Assembly: GCA_977030845.1 (NCBI GenBank) | Contig: OZ365110.1 | Coordinates: 21,762,001-21,826,000, forward strand | Length of the DNA: 64,000 bases | Direction of reading: 5' to 3' | From: Fimbriosthenelais zetlandica | Lineage: Eukaryota | Made by a program: the position numbers and the translations under genes | In this document: piece after piece, positions 36,012 through 48,635 of the stretch | Position numbering within the stretch: position 1 is the stretch's first letter | How the letters are laid out: every line of letters starts with the position of its first letter | The notes under the pieces: generated by a model | Seen by the model: the letters and a program-made list of their open reading frames with translations, nothing else | What the model was told of the DNA's origin: nothing | Database searches by the model: none

Positions 36012-39000
36012 TCATGGCATGTAACAGGTATCGTGATATTCATTGTCATGATATTCACGAATAAGTGGCTTCTTGTCAGAAGGAATGCCATTCTTATTCT
36101 CATAATTAATGATCTCTTCATCAGAGGAAAAGTCTCTATCCACTAGACTGTAGGCGGGCTTTTTACAACCTTGTGTTGCCACAATGGTCGCCATGTTAGC
36201 CTCAGTAATCTTCAGGCGATCATGAAGGACGAGAGCCGCGAGAAAGGCGAACAAAATTAGCGGCGTCCCGATGATGGTCACCATCATTGTTCTGCTAGAT
36301 TCTTGGTTTCTGTACTCAGCATGGAGGAAGTTACCAGGCCCAGGTCGCAGGAAAACTGTAATTATTAAATTAAATATTAAGGAATATATGCTAATATTTA
36401 GCATTCCTTGCATGTTACAACATATTGGTTTTAGAATGAACATAAGTCTGCTATGGAATGTATGACAATACAGTAGGCCTAGCTAGGCCTATGTTGAATC
36501 CCTGGAGCTGTGCACAACGCGATCTGCAACTGCCACCTCGTGTCAGGGCATGCCAACAGATTATGCCTTTTATAACGGAGCAAATTAAATGTAGCCTACT
36601 TAGTGAAGTTTGGAAATGGTTTAGGCTAACTTACAATCTTCCACTTCTTGCTGGCCATCTTTTAGCTTGTCACGTCCATGCTTGCCGTAGTTAAAGGTAT
36701 CAAACGTGTAACCCAGACCTCGGCTGTCAGTAATGTACCAACGATGGAAATGACGAGGATAAAAAGGCACTATGACAGCGTCACGGTTATGACCCAAAGG
36801 GGCACCCCGAGGTGGAAACTGGAATATATATGAACTTTCAGTTATTAGCCTATTTAAAAATAGTTAAAATATGCATAGATCAGAATAAATCAAATAATTA
36901 TCAATAATTGCAAAAGCCAATAGATATACATGGAAACGTTGAAATTATATGTGAAAAAAGTGTAATGTGTCGGAGAGGACATTAGTAGCCTATTGAATAT
37001 GGATGTCACATAGGGCTACATATCGTTTCCCGGGCCTACATGACGAAAATGAGTGGCATGCATGACAATTAATGCCTAAATTTCTCCATGTACATAATTT
37101 ATACATAAATGCAACAAAATATCAGAAATATGTCTATCTAATTGTCTTAGATAACAATGTAGGCCTACCAAGATCCTGAGAATAACATTACATGATTCAT
37201 GTAGGGGTTATAGGCTAAGAATGCACTTGTAGATTTTCATACAATTCTATTCTTTCTGTGAATGAAATAATTCATAAAATGCAATTCCTCGGAATTGCCA
37301 TGAGAGTGGTATTTTATATTATGGTGATAGGCACTGAATGACATCCTTCGATGTCGCAAAATATTATTCTTAGCCCGCAGCAAATTACACCCAGCCTTCC
37401 ATTGGTGGAGGTCGTGTGTGAGGCCTGGGGACCATTTGCCTCGATCGTTCTCTATGCTAATGTGATTGACCAACGAGAGGAAAGTAAAGGATTGACTAAC
37501 GTTAGCCATGCACTAAATATTACAAGCCGCCGTATATTCTTCATTGCGATAAAAGAATTGTGTCATAAAAATATAGACCAAGTACTTACATATTTACAAA
37601 GGGACATAAAATAAATGAAATATGAATTTAAAATTAATGTTTCAATTTATAGTTCTGAGATCGTTACGAGTGCCTCACAGACACGTATACATATTTTAAA
37701 TATTTTCTTAAATCACCTGTGTTTCATGGGGTCGGTGTTTTCTTATCCAGAGCTCGAAGAGCTTATCAAGGAAGCCATGATGAAGGATGAATATTGGATC
37801 ATTAGTGGATGTGGCTACATCCGACATGCTACCATTGAGATATGCATGAACCTGTGGCCAGCATAAAAAGACAAGTCTTCAGTTAAATAATTCAGTCCAA
37901 ATCAAATTCAAACTCAATGGCATTAAATTCACAATCAAATATGGCCATTGCTAAATCTTTTGAACAGATTTTACATATAAATTAGGCCTTAGGACATTCA
38001 TTATTAATTACATTAATATTTGCACCACATTAATTAGTATATTATTAGCCTACGTATGAATGGTCAGTGGTACGGAATATAATAGGCTTATTTTCATTAA
38101 TTATACGACCTCTAATCAAATGCAATATGTAATGAATAATCTTGTGATACACCAATGTATTAATGTGCATACTACTATTAGAATGTACGTGATTCTCTTA
38201 GGATACGGTCTTATAGTATTACTTTCTAAAATGTTAAGCTTTATGAATTAATATAAAGTATGGTCTATAGAGGTGCATTCTTATGGTTTAATCGATTCAT
38301 GAAAACTCACCAGGCCATGCATGCCCATAGACATACCCATGCGTGGGCATGAGCCCTCAAAGCAAGGTCGAAAAGCTACTCCGGAATGTTCATCAAAAGG
38401 AGGCACGTCATAGGTGGACAAGGTCATGACAAAATCCACTTCCGCTTCCGTTGGTAGAAGGTGAACTCCAGGATTTTTCCCTGGACGACGAATGATAGGA
38501 CCTTGTTTGACTGAAGGGTCACAAAAACGACACTGTTTAAAATGAATTAAGTGGCATACTGTCTGCCATTTTGAAAATCTGTGGTTAGGATCAATGTGAC
38601 CTTCTGGAGTGGACGCTCCCATTAAATCGTTTGTACAAACAGTGCAATTGGTACCATCGTCCGTCCAGTCCCAGTAAGGGAAAGTAAATGTGTCATCATT
38701 TGCCAGTTTTTGAATTTCTCTCTCCCATGTGAGGAGGAGTAATCTGTGGAAGGTCGGGAAAGCCGCCCCCTCGTGAGAGAAATCTAAATGGAAGGGGGAA
38801 AATTCACAGGGAGAGCTCTGGTTATAATATGTATTCCTGGCAGAATAAAAGTGCACCCATATAATAAAATCATGTATGGTGATGTTGACCCACTGGGGAT
38901 TCCTGATGGGATCCATTGTCGTGGTTTTCAATGCGACATATTCACTAATTGTATACTTAGATCGATCAATGAGTTCAATAAACCGTTGCTGTTCAGCTTT

Positions 39001-40033
39001 TGAAAGTGAGAAGATATTCCTTCGTTGTTGAATTCTTCTCTCTGTGCAGTTGAATCCATGGTATCCCCATTTACAGTCCTGACACATGTATCCAGCGAAG
39101 TTGTAGACGCAAGCACAGCCAAATTGGAAGAAAGCTTTGGGCCAGTTGAGCCGATCATCTTTGAGATGGGAGGGAAGAGGAGGCCAAAAATATTCATGTA
39201 CGTCATCAAACTGCATGCACATTCCTCTACCTGGCCCTCCACATGGAAGGGTGAACCCTGAAATGGCAAAATATCATTTGGAAACATGTACTCAAAATTA
39301 GTGTAACCATGGAAGCTGTGCATTTAGGCTATAGCAGACTAGGCCCAATAAACCTCCCGTATACATTTTCTGGAAGGTGTGTGTGGGTAATTTTCAAATC
39401 TTTCCCTGTGACCACAGAAGTAGGCAGGTGCCTAAATATAATTAGGCCTACATACAATTAGAAAAAACATCTTGCAGGAAAATTCTGTTTGAACTTACTG
39501 AAGCAGAAAATCTAACATAAACAGTTCTTTTCGGACATAAATTCACCAGGCCTACAGGACTACCGAGTAGGCCTAACTATAGGCCATATGGTTTGATGTT
39601 ATGCCCATCCAAATGTCTACATACGGCATTATATTGAAGGGCTGTATTAGACAAGCAAGTATTAGGGCCTAGACAAGCAATACCTTTTTAACCCATTGAC
39701 GTCAATGTACAGAATTTTATACGTGTATACAGGCTTATTATGGGCTTTAATTTACATTTGATAAAAATGTTCACTCCTTCAAGATATTAAGCTAGGTCTA
39801 CGTAGGCCCACATCGTTCCATTAACATCCGGTATGGCAGACCTGTTAATGAATCTACTCACCTGGAGGCACGGGACAGCACGTGCCATTCGGCTTGGTCG
39901 CATTTTCCGCACAGACACGAGCGAACTGTCCCTCAACAGGAGGTGGTGTACAAAATAAGAAGATTACAAAAAATGCTGGCAAAAGTAACCAAATCTTCTT
40001 CCAGGCCAGGTGAATGCCTACTGGGTAAATCAT
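36012..40033 (-). CDS. TYR: Membrane-bound tyrosinase (TYR/TYRP/DCT family; TYR-like active site), 5 exons, ~593 aa
   Basis: Exons (minus) 40033-39862, 39257-38311, 37851-37717, 36818-36635, 36355-36012 (1782 nt). Signal peptide then GQFARVC; Cys-rich EGF-like region; CuA ([19 protein letters not shown]); CuB ([33 protein letters not shown]); APLGHNRD; TM helix; tail DKKPLI. Confidence 0.9.
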
Positions 40034-40204
40034 AGTTACAGGCAGTAAGCTCCTTTGGTATTAAATGCTCGTCAAATATAATAACTGTCTTAGGCTACTC
40101 CTCCTATATTTTCTGACCGGCGTCTCTAAGACCGTATGAAGGTTCTCTGATTTGTAATTAATGCGTCCTCTTCTGCATTAATGATCTCTGTCGACATGGT
40201 CATT

Positions 40205-40214
40205 GTCACGTGAG
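40205..40214. promoter_or_regulatory. MITF/TFE-type E-box (GTCACGTGAG) upstream of tyrosinase
   Basis: Core TCACGTGA at 40206-40213, ~170 bp upstream of the ATG. Confidence 0.55.
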
Positions 40215-40575
40215 CTACCAGCAGGCCTATTTATGCATTTTGCCTGTGAACTTATACAAAGGGAATATGTCATTCATTGACATCAATGTTTTCTTATTTT
40301 GTGTGGGTAACATTCTAATTACTTCTTATGGACTGTGCCAAGTGCTCATGATAGGCTTGTCACTCTGTCCAAATAATTAGCCTCTGTCTATTTCATTAAA
40401 ATAGGATGTCTCAAACTTCCTTCCAATTGTATGTTGGCCACTTTAAGGGTAATCGATTTCTATAACCGGAAAAATCCAGATTGGGCCATTTTTTTAGGCC
40501 TATATGCAAGGTATATATTATAATATGTAGGACCGAGGCCTATACCGGTACTGAAAGCGTGTTGGGATGCGCGTA

Positions 40576-40599
40576 GGGGGGGGGGGGGGGGGGGGGGGG
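40576..40599 (+). repeat. Poly-G run (24 nt)
   Basis: Seen directly. Confidence 0.9.
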
Positions 40600-43500
40600 T
40601 TATGTATATTCAATACCTATCGCCATAAAATAATTATAACAGTCTTCATAACTGTCTTCATAAAGCCCTGGACATGTATATTATTATCATGTTGTCATTA
40701 TGCCTACATAAAATAACAGTCTTTGATGTAGGCCTACTTCGATAGAATATGCCAATTTTCATAGAATGTCAACGGACAATCTATAAACAGTTAGGGAAAG
40801 AGTAGGCCTATTTTTGTGTGTGTGGGGGAGGGCATATATGATTTTGTCCACGTACCAAATTATCAAGCACAATATTTATAATATCTAACCTACTAAGCTA
40901 TAGTTCTCCTTCTTTGAGATTAAGCGGTCAGAACTACTTTGCTATAGGCCTATCCTGTGTCTACATCCGCAAATGAAATCTTTAAAAATTAAATTAATAA
41001 TAATAAATCACTAAAGTACCGTAATAAACACACAGAGTAGGCCTACACCAGAGTTCCCCTCTCGTAATGGCAATGCAAAAACCTTGGTGCTCTTTGTTTG
41101 GCGAGTATATCTCGAATATGGGGAAATGGGAGTGAGCAGGTTTCCAGGTCTCGCAATTCTAAATAATTTTATCTACAGTAGAATAGGGCATACAAAGCTA
41201 AGTCACATATTAAACGTTACCATATTTGTATATCACCCATATTTAAATTAGTCCATACCCCAAAAGAGTAAATAGGATAGTCAAAATATCGCAGGGCGTG
41301 GGATATTTTATCACAGGGCGATTTCATAACGCAATCCCTGATAATTCAGGTCGTGCAACTGAAGATATTTTTATTGGTCTCCAAAATTGTGTTAGAAGAT
41401 CAGGAATCGACTTCAAGCCTTTCTTATCATGCGTTTACTTCATACATTATAGATACCAAATATGGCTTACTCAATAGCCTATAGCCATAAAAAGTTAGGA
41501 AAATGGCACAAATTTTAAAGTAGAATAATTTCCTGTGCCCATCCCTAAAGATTCAGGTCTTGCTATAACAAATATTATTCATTAGAATGGAATATCGCTT
41601 TAAAAAGCTAAAAAGAAAAGTTAAAGCTTGTCATGTTTGTCAAACATTTTGATTTACACAAATCCGTCCTCAGATTACTAAATTAGAGGCTGGATATTTA
41701 TCGCAGGGCTATTTCTTGCCGCAATCCCTGATAATTCAGGTTGCGCATTGGCGCCAAATCATTGCTGTCGCTAAAAGATCAAAACTGATTTCCACTGATT
41801 AATTCTCATAACAACATAGGGATAGGGATTATAGTTCATTGCAAGAAAAATTCCAGGAAAACATTCTACTTAATCAGTCCCGGGGTTGTGGGCCGGAAGA
41901 GGGGTTGGTTGGACCTACACTCTTTGGTTGGACAGACAGCAAAGCGCAGGTTTCTGTCCAGAGCTAGGCTCAAGACTTCAACGCTTCAGACAACTGCCGC
42001 TAGGGGTCCTACAACTTAGAATACGGCAGCCATTTTGATATCACCCAATCAGGACTTACTCAGCACAAATCGTGTATTGTATATTTAGGAGGTTACAATA
42101 TGCCACAGATGTTTTTTGGTCTTATATAAATAGATACGAACCAAAGTAATACCATTGTTCACAGTCTTTATTGATAGGACTTATCACAGATCTTATACGG
42201 TCAGTCTTAGGGAAAGAATTGTCGATAACGAACTATATTCAAAGAGCTTATAATGGGCTCTTTGCTATATTGTAAAGGATTCAAAATTATTTGGTAATTT
42301 ATCAGCTTAATTTTTTATGCGATAACAGTCAGAAAATTGTCCAGGTAGAATAATTTAATACGACACCCCAGATAATTTTGTCCCATCATTTATATCTTAG
42401 CATTTTATTTAAAAAAATATTAATTCCTAGTAGGATCTTTATTTATAAGAGTGTATATTGTTTCATTTATAAGCGAGTAGATTAACTGGATGTTCATCTA
42501 GATTATGAGTACACGTCGTCTCATGGCGTTCCATCTCTGCAATCAAGCAGATTATTTCTTCAGGACGGGAGGAGTAACAGCACCGCTCTCAGCGTTCAGC
42601 ACCTGAAAGAACATACAATACTAACCCCCTACCCCTATATAAAACATACAAAAATGATATATACTTTACTTTCATTAAAACCCCCAAAATAATTCAGATT
42701 CCTTATTTCAGGGTTCAAGGGCATAGTATAAAAATAAAATAATTTCTGTCTCAAAGGAGATTCTGTTCCCGTTCAGAAAATTGGGTTCTGGGGAAAAGTT
42801 CTAAATAAATTGTTCCCGAAATAGAATTCTGTACAATTATTCTCAAAAATGATATGATGGATGAATCCATTCACACACCATTCATTCAATCAGTCATTCA
42901 TCCGTCCATACATGATGGGTGATGGGAGTTTTGGGGGTTGGGTGAACACACGAATAATTTTCATCTCTTGGGAGAGATGGTGGGTCCTAAAAAGGACCCG
43001 GGGATGGGGTTGTGGTTTTTGGTGATCTAGAAGTTAGCCGAAAAGTCTATTGAGGTTTCTAGGCAGTCGTGGCAGTTCTATATGGCGAGTTCTCCAGTCC
43101 ATGAGTCCATGTGAAGCATAGAGTCACAAATGGGTAGGAAATAAATCAGTGGCACGGTGACACCTTGGTCCTGTCCTGCAGTCACTCTCCGATTCATCCA
43201 TGAAGTTGTCTCCAACTTCTAAATTATATATCTAAGTCATTTACTCGAGCACCGATGCATGGCAAGGTCTGCAGAACACACAGGTTGATCCACTAGGTGG
43301 CAGTGTTAAGTAGAAGTGAAGGAGTTTTCCATCAGTCAATCTTGACTATTAGCTAGGTATGTCCATATCTAGCCACACTTTTCAACTCGACAGCTACTCA
43401 GTTCCTCCTTCAGTGCTTCAGATGCATCTGCTATGCAATATCTCTTCCTCTCTCACTCTCATTCAGTACATACCACTAATATATTTGAATGCATTTCCAA

Positions 43501-44361
43501 ATGCAAAAAGGCAAAAATCGCCTTTTTTACTTGATATGTCGACAAGGATTTGGAATTTCATGAACATTGCACATGCACTCTTTTCAATGCACATTAAACA
43601 AGTTCTCAGGGACTCTATAAGTCACATGTCTATAAAAATAACTTTGTTCTGTGACTAGAGAACTTGTCATTTACACACCCAAAATATGTACATATATAAA
43701 AACTATACATTTTGACTAGATCTGTACAAGGAAGAACTGCCAAAAGGCCTAAAATAAAGCTGTATAGAGAACTAGGGATTTTGGATAGCCGAAAAAAGAA
43801 AAAGAAATGCAAGAATATTTTCTTAATGGAATTTTGAAGTTAGAAAAATATAAAGATCAAATTTAGATTGAAGATTTAGATAATAGTTTAGTAATTACTA
43901 AAGGTCCTAATACCACATATTTATCAATCAAGATAAATAAATTTCAAAATTTTTTAAACCTAAGGGATTTCGAAGTATAAATTTCTACACTAAATGTACA
44001 TTAATTGAATGAGGGTAGATGAGATCTACTTGAATTTTTCACTAATTTGATTGGGTTAATTTCGAATATTGATCTAAAATAGAAAATGTCACGAAAGGAA
44101 GGAAAACAGAGGGAAATTCAAAGAGCACATTACAAACATCTGGGACAACATACACAAAAAATATGTAAAGAAAAACTTTACATATTCGAGGACCAGCCTT
44201 GCTCATGATTCATTCATGCAGCAGTAATTGCAAGTGTCCTCTGACAAAAATGATCTGGAATGCCTGGAGAAACATTTGTTCCCTTTGAGGGATTGAAGTG
44301 GCTTCCATTGTGAAACGACGATTGATTATATATATATATCTTCTCGTTAGTTACAAGCATG

Positions 44362-46318
44362 TCACGCCTGTACTTTAAGCATACATTTCAGGACATTAGT
44401 CATCTCGCTACAGGAAACCTTGGGGTCCCTGTTCTCATTATCAATCTTCATCCAATGTGTAGGAGGCTTGGGTAGCACCTTTGGCGAAGGCGGGTCACTA
44501 AATTTGGCACCGGCATATGCAATGGGCTGACCTGACGATTTGAGTGGAGAAACGTTCACAGTTGTGGAGGGGAGCTTGGACGGAGTTGTAGCGCAACTTG
44601 CAGGCTTATCCCCTCGTGACAGGCCTGTTGGGGTGTTGTTTTCAACAGGATTGGCATGCCATCTTTTCGCTTTTGGGCTCTGCGAACCTCCTCGGTTTCT
44701 GTGTCCCTCTGGAGTGCCACTATGTTTGTGTTTGTGGCTGTTGACAGGGGTGCCTGTAGGAGAGGTTCTGCTGTTGTTGTTGTTGTTATTGTTTTGTCGC
44801 TCTGGTGTGAGGGTAACATGCTGTTGTGGCCACCGTCCTGAAGTGTTGGCTGCCACTTTTGAGGTAGATGTGTTGCTACGCTTGTTACCCTGCGGTGTTT
44901 TCACCTTGCGATCTTTTAGATGAGGTTCGCTCCGCATCCTGAAAAACATAAGGATGATAGCCAAAGTTAAACACAAATTAAACACAAAAAATTTTTTTTC
45001 TCATAAGTACTTCCTATTTTGGAAGTCAATTTGGAATAAAATTTCTAACACCGTTAAACACAAATGAACAAGATTGAAAACACAAACTGGGTAAATCTTC
45101 TACTGAGGTCAGGTGGATCTTGAGAAATTTGATGATGTGATTTTTATATAAAAAAAAAAGGTCTTATCTCCCTAGATCTACTTTAATTCATTTTTATCAA
45201 TTGGTGACTAATACACAAAAGATCCCAATACACAACCATATATCTCGCAATGACACATTTAACTCCATGTTAAATTTGGGCCGCCAATGAATACTAACAC
45301 CTGCTGTAGAAATATTTAACCGTTATTGAAGCTCTACAAACAGTGTCAGGTAAGCCCAAGTAAGGCAAACTAACATTTTACACACACCTCTATCTCAGTC
45401 CTTGTATCCAAGCTAAAAATAGGTCAACAAAGGTATGATGACAGGTGCGTCCTGAAAACACTCAGTCCCGTTATAAACTAAGCTGCCAGTGCCAACGGTC
45501 AACTACCTAATGAGGCTCATGGTGGAATATCAAATGAAGCTAATACTCCAGACTTTGGAATCGGAAGGGCGATGTTTGTTTACAGCAGTTGTGATTATGA
45601 GTAAAGCTGTAAAGGTCAATCAATGATGATAATAATAGTATGTGTTGCCGTGTCTGTGTGAGCGTCTCCCATTGGCTGGCAGTGATGACGTGAGAGCAAG
45701 CTGTCGCTTCCTTGTTTGGACCAAGTTTTAATGGGCTGGCTTCAAATAACAGCTTTTGTTTTCCACCCAAACAATGACCGAATAAAGCCTACCGATTATC
45801 CCCCGATGGGGCTTCGGTCAGGGGACAATTATAACTCGGTAAATAAATAGAAAGCCCAATGCTCGAGATTTGGACCGCAGCCAAGCGGACTTAGGTTTGG
45901 CTGGGTACCGCGTTCAAACGGGTTTAATATTTATGAGTCATGGCCCATCCTACTATTCCTGGCCTTGATGCAACAATCACAAAGTATTGACCAATTATTT
46001 CAACAGAAAAACTATCCTACTAATCACATAGTCTTTCCCCCAATAACCTGAAATAGGAAACTATTTTCGCCCAATAAACAGCACGGTGTCTTTTTGAAAT
46101 CAAGAGAAGGGCGGAAGTGAATCCACAAGTGCATAACGCCAACGGCCTTTGTTTGCTACAAAACTAGGCCCATGTAAACGATGTTTATTCCATGAAAACA
46201 ACACTTCCAACAGCTACGATCGACGTATTTTTGCGTTTTAGAATAAACTGTGATAATAAATGGGAAAACCCTACCTGATGGGATGAATTGTAATGCGCTC
46301 GGCCGGGTGTTTACACAT
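44362..46318 (-). CDS. PNRC2: Proline-rich nuclear receptor coactivator (PNRC1/2 pro-orthologue), 2 coding exons, ~206 aa
   Basis: Exons (minus) 46318-46275 ([14 protein letters not shown]) and 44938-44362, joined via cag|gtaggg and ttttcag|G. Signature [22 protein letters not shown] and C-terminal LKCMLKVQA. The track ORF start at 44985 is intronic. Confidence 0.88.
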
Positions 46319-46539
46319 TTGCGCTGTCGGAGTAAGACGTAGTTCCTACAAGAGGTCAAGTCAAGGTCTTCTTCACCAACGGTGATCGGTTAGAAACCTT
46401 TAGCCGTCTGGTGAATGTAAAACCAATGACACTAAAACGACGAAACCCCGAGTGGCAAGATCGTCTCTTTAAGACGAGTAGAAAGATCCCGGTTCGAAGA
46501 TGAAAGACTGGAATCTCAGGCCAAGTCAGCTGACGTCTC

Positions 46540-47340
46540 GGTATACAAAAATGGCGTCCTGTCGATTTGATTGTCTACCAGCTGTGTTGCTTTTCCTTGA
46601 TATTTTTCTTCCGTTCGTTCCAGGTTCAACATCCAAAATCGATCTGTCGAAATAGTCCGTTACTTTAACTTCTTATCAATTTCTGAGCAAAGGCTCCTTC
46701 CGATCTAAAGTACGCCAAACTCGCCTTTCCTTTGGAGACGTGTCTTCCTTGCTATCACATCTCCGGCCTACTGGTGGTACTGTTTACACCAGGCAAGCTG
46801 CAACCAATCATAGCTCACGGTTCATACCACGTGATAACTGAAAACCAATGACATCAGCTAAGCTAAAAATAGACCTTACATTATTTTGAATAAATTAATC
46901 TCCGGGACAAAATTCCGAACTACAAACAACTCCGAGGTTTTATATTCTTAGTTATTTCTTGTGTTAATTGATCAGTACATTAGTGTAAAAAACGTAATAA
47001 GTATTTTCTACAAATAATAGTTGATTGCTGTAAAAGTAGGTCACGCACTCCGAAGGCTCCCGGGAAGTCCCGAGGAAATCCGGATTCAGGGGAAGTGACG
47101 TCAAATTGTAGGCGGGGAATTCTGTGTACACTGAGCATGAATGATACACATGACACGGCCCGTCAAGTGGTGCAGGCTGGACTACATTACCAATTGTCTG
47201 AAAGAATTCACCCAATTCCACCGTTTCTACACAATCTATGATTACCAAACTTGTAACATCAAGGTAAGGAACGTTCACACTCACGAAATTGACTTTCGTC
47301 TCGTCTAAAATAAGGCTATATTTGCTTAAAAAGGCGTTCT
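46540..47340. promoter_or_regulatory. CpG-rich bidirectional promoter (PNRC on -, unidentified gene on +)
   Basis: YY1-type AAAATGGCG (~46549), CCAAT boxes (~46804, ~46845), GGAAGTGACGTCA ETS-CRE (47091-47103), CpG-rich sequence, divergent gene orientation. Confidence 0.6.
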
Positions 47341-48635
47341 TTGAAGTTGGTCGTGAGACTTACTATTCAGACGAGGAGGCCCTGTTCGCCAACGAAGCCG
47401 AAGGCGGAGAGATTTATCTGTGATATCCTGAACCAACAGTGCTGTGCTATTTATTCCTACCACTCGTATTTATTGCTAGAGTCCCCTACCGCCGACATGT
47501 CTCTGTGCTTGAAAGCACTTTGTCAAACTTTTGTTGGCTGAAAGCAGTGTTCTACTTCTACCACTCCATTGGCGGGCCATTTTTCTTGCCTTGTGGCAAG
47601 AGAAACGTGCCTCGACCTCGATTTGTATCTCAGCTGAGGCACAGCTCGTGCTGAAATATTGAACTTATAGGCCCGATAATAAAATACAGATAATCTTTTT
47701 TTCCGTTTTACCTGGACGATAATTTCTTTGGTTCATGTTCTTGGTTCCGCCCCGTGGAAAATGGCTTCGGCGAGCTTTAAAATTAAATACCGGTACCGGT
47801 AGGCCTAGCCCTAGGCATACGGTAGGCCCAGTAGTACCATGTAGGCCCTTTACGCCAATATAGGCCTTCTGCTAAATTTACTTGAATTTAAAAATATTAA
47901 CAGTGGCAGGATACTGCTATTGTTACATGAATTATTTGATTTTTCCTCCAGTCAAATCTGAAACCCTCATGAATACCAACATTGGCAACAACCTCCGATA
48001 TCATGAATGATATTGTCAAATAAAGTTAAAGAGACTAATTTAGTAATTAAGTCTAAGAGTTACCTACATCAGAGACAGAATACTTGTAATAATTCCATTC
48101 TGGCATTCAAACACACGTGAGTGTAATTCATCATCATACCCGGTAGGCTACATCGTGCCATGTGTGCCATGTGTGTAACTGTTTATATTAAAATTTGTGC
48201 TGTGGCTTTCTTCCATGGCCATGGGAACTGTATCTGCTTTAAATATTCACCAATGAAAAAAATTCTTGGGTCCTGGACAGTGGTTCCATTTATGCAGGAC
48301 CCTTGCAGGACATTTTGAGTTTTTTCATTGATTTGGTCGCTAGTCAAAGCTGTGTGTGCAGGGCTCTCCCTGCATTACCCAGGGGCGCATCAGCATTCAG
48401 CGTTTGCACCTGTGTCCTGAAAACTTGCAAAACTATTGCCAAGAATGCAATGCATTATTCTGATATACATATTTATTTATTTCAGGGTCCACCGGGAGCA
48501 TCCTTTGTGATTTAATAATTTTTGACATCTCAGACCAACACCAAATCGCAAATGTAATGGAGAAAGAGAAAATATTGTGACTGCTTGGGAAAACTTCAAT
48601 GCCAAGTAATTCTGGATTACCTTGCCATCACCAGG

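Noticed and set aside
37237-37614. ORFs in tyrosinase intron 3 as an extra exon or nested gene
   Set aside because: The tyrosinase model is complete without them; no homology recognised and splice signals are weak.
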